A stretch of DNA of 59,224 nucleotides, counting the filler, from Thelocarpon superellum (taxonomy: Eukaryota), in assembly GCA_026025795.1 (NCBI GenBank). It is 2 parts of 2 records of this genome, joined end to end, with 100 filler letters (N's around TTAATTAATTAA, not from the genome) between each part and the next. Parts side by side here need not be neighbours in the genome. Positions count along the whole stretch, not along the records: positions 29,712 to 59,224 come from JAPEUG010000218.1; 1 more part is not named here. One strand, 5' to 3'. This document shows positions 58,103 to 59,224 of the stretch, piece after piece. Position 1 is the stretch's first letter. Each line of letters starts with the position of its first letter. The position numbers were made by a program, and so were the translations under genes. The notes beneath the pieces are model-generated. The model made no database searches. It had not been told where the DNA came from and saw only the letters and a program-made list of their open reading frames with translations.

Positions 58103-59217
58103 TCAGGCCACCGCCGCGCTGGCCGGCTGCAGCAATTGCTTTTTGTATTTCCAGTATTGGGCACGGATCGGGTCGTATTTTTGCGCCAGGAGATCCAATG
58201 CCTGCGCGCGTGTGAGCGGGTGGCTTCTTTATAGATTGAGTATACCAGACATACCAGCTCCGCGTCGGCCTTGGTATCCGCCTCCTCACCGTAGATGTCG
58301 GCCAGGACGTCAAGCGCGTACGACGATCGAATCGTCTCGGGTCGATGGGGGTCGGCGAACTGGGCACTGAAGGTCCGGATGGTGGACAGCGGCAAGTTGG
58401 ACTTCCGTAGAACCCTAGATATCCTTAGCTTGGACAGGCCAGACGCCGATGTTCTGGGGAATAACCCTCTCAGATAATTCCACGGGCTCTCGTTTTGAGG
58501 GGCGAGGGCGATGGCCGATTGCGCATACTGCCTCTCCCGCTCTACAATCTCCGGCGCCACCGGCTGGCCGTCCTCGCGCCCGTAGACGACGTAGTAGCGG
58601 TGATTCCAGGCTGAGTTGTTGCGAACATCCGCCTGGATCAAAGACTCGAGGTAAGGTAGCTCCGTGTCCCACAGGGCAAAGTGCCGCACCAGCCATTGCC
58701 TAGGGAGAGGTACAGCCACATCTCAGCCACGCATCGCCAGCGCAAGGGCCATCACTCACCGGTACGACCAGACGTGGTAGTTCTTGGCGTCCTTTTCAAA
58801 CATTTGCGCGATGAAGTCCGTCTCTCCAGCCGGATCGCCCAGCTTCTCCACGATGACCTGACGGTGGTGCCAGATCTGGTAGTTCTTCAGGTACCGCAGT
58901 GCCACGCCGTTCAACCAGTCCCGCTCGAGCCGAAGGTCGGCGTCCAGGGCGAACAAGATCTTGGCGCGATAGAGCCAGACGGTGTAGTGGGCGGGGTTCA
59001 AGCTGATGATGTGCTTGGTCAGGGTGAGTGCCCGTGGGCTGAACTCGCTCTGTGCCATGATGGCCCGAAGGTAGGCCATGGCCTCCCGATATTCGTCCGT
59101 GTAGGCAATGGCAGCGAGCGGGTTGGGACCGCCATCATCTTGCGGTAGGGCCACGACATCCTCCCAGGCCGGGTCGTCCCCGTAGGAGGATGGCGAGCTG
59201 TTTCCCTTTCGATTCAT
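58103..59217 (-). CDS. RAM2: Protein farnesyltransferase/geranylgeranyltransferase-I alpha subunit
   Basis: PPTA repeats NPAHYTVWLYR, KNYQIWHHR, KNYHVWSYRQW, RNNSAWNHR, PQNESPWNYL; final exon KYDPIRAQYW. Three introns; stop at 58105-58103. Confidence 0.95.
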
Positions 59218-59224
59218 CGCGTTG

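Noticed and set aside
13798..59217. a-factor pathway cluster (STE6, M16 protease, RAM2)
   Set aside because: The genes are tens of kb apart, separated by an assembly gap and unrelated genes. The peptidase looks YOL098C-like rather than Ste23/Axl1-like, and no convincing CaaX pheromone precursor was found.

Overview
Compact, GC-rich, intron-containing filamentous ascomycete (Pezizomycotina-type) genomic DNA. Introns are mostly 45-80 nt, GT-AG, with CTRAC-like branch sites. About 26 protein-coding loci can be reconstructed. Core genes: pyruvate kinase, homoisocitrate dehydrogenase, PBDC1/Chp1-like, Ste6-like ABCB exporter, mitochondrial uS8, Nog2, SLC12/Vhc1, Avt3/4-type transporter, Ytm1, ZW10/Dsl1, an M16 metallopeptidase, Ser/Thr dehydratase and Ram2. 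Two accessory-looking patches: 37.7-43.7 kb (FAD monooxygenase, small secreted Cys protein, stand-alone SesB-like hydrolase) and 52.5-56.6 kb (two secreted proteins). An artificial 100-nt gap/linker at 29612-29711 splits the window, so adjacency across it is unproven. The best-supported hidden feature is an H/ACA snoRNA in the unusually long second NOG2 intron: both guide pockets, both boxes and the 14-nt spacings fit the snR191/U19 guide for LSU rRNA helix 69. More speculative signals are a second hairpin-ACA RNA candidate just downstream of NOG2, periodic GTAC arrays in several divergent promoters, a decaying aquaporin, and an NLR-type hydrolase without its NLR. I cannot show a wholly new system from the sequence alone. 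All gene models were spliced by eye and no database searches were run.
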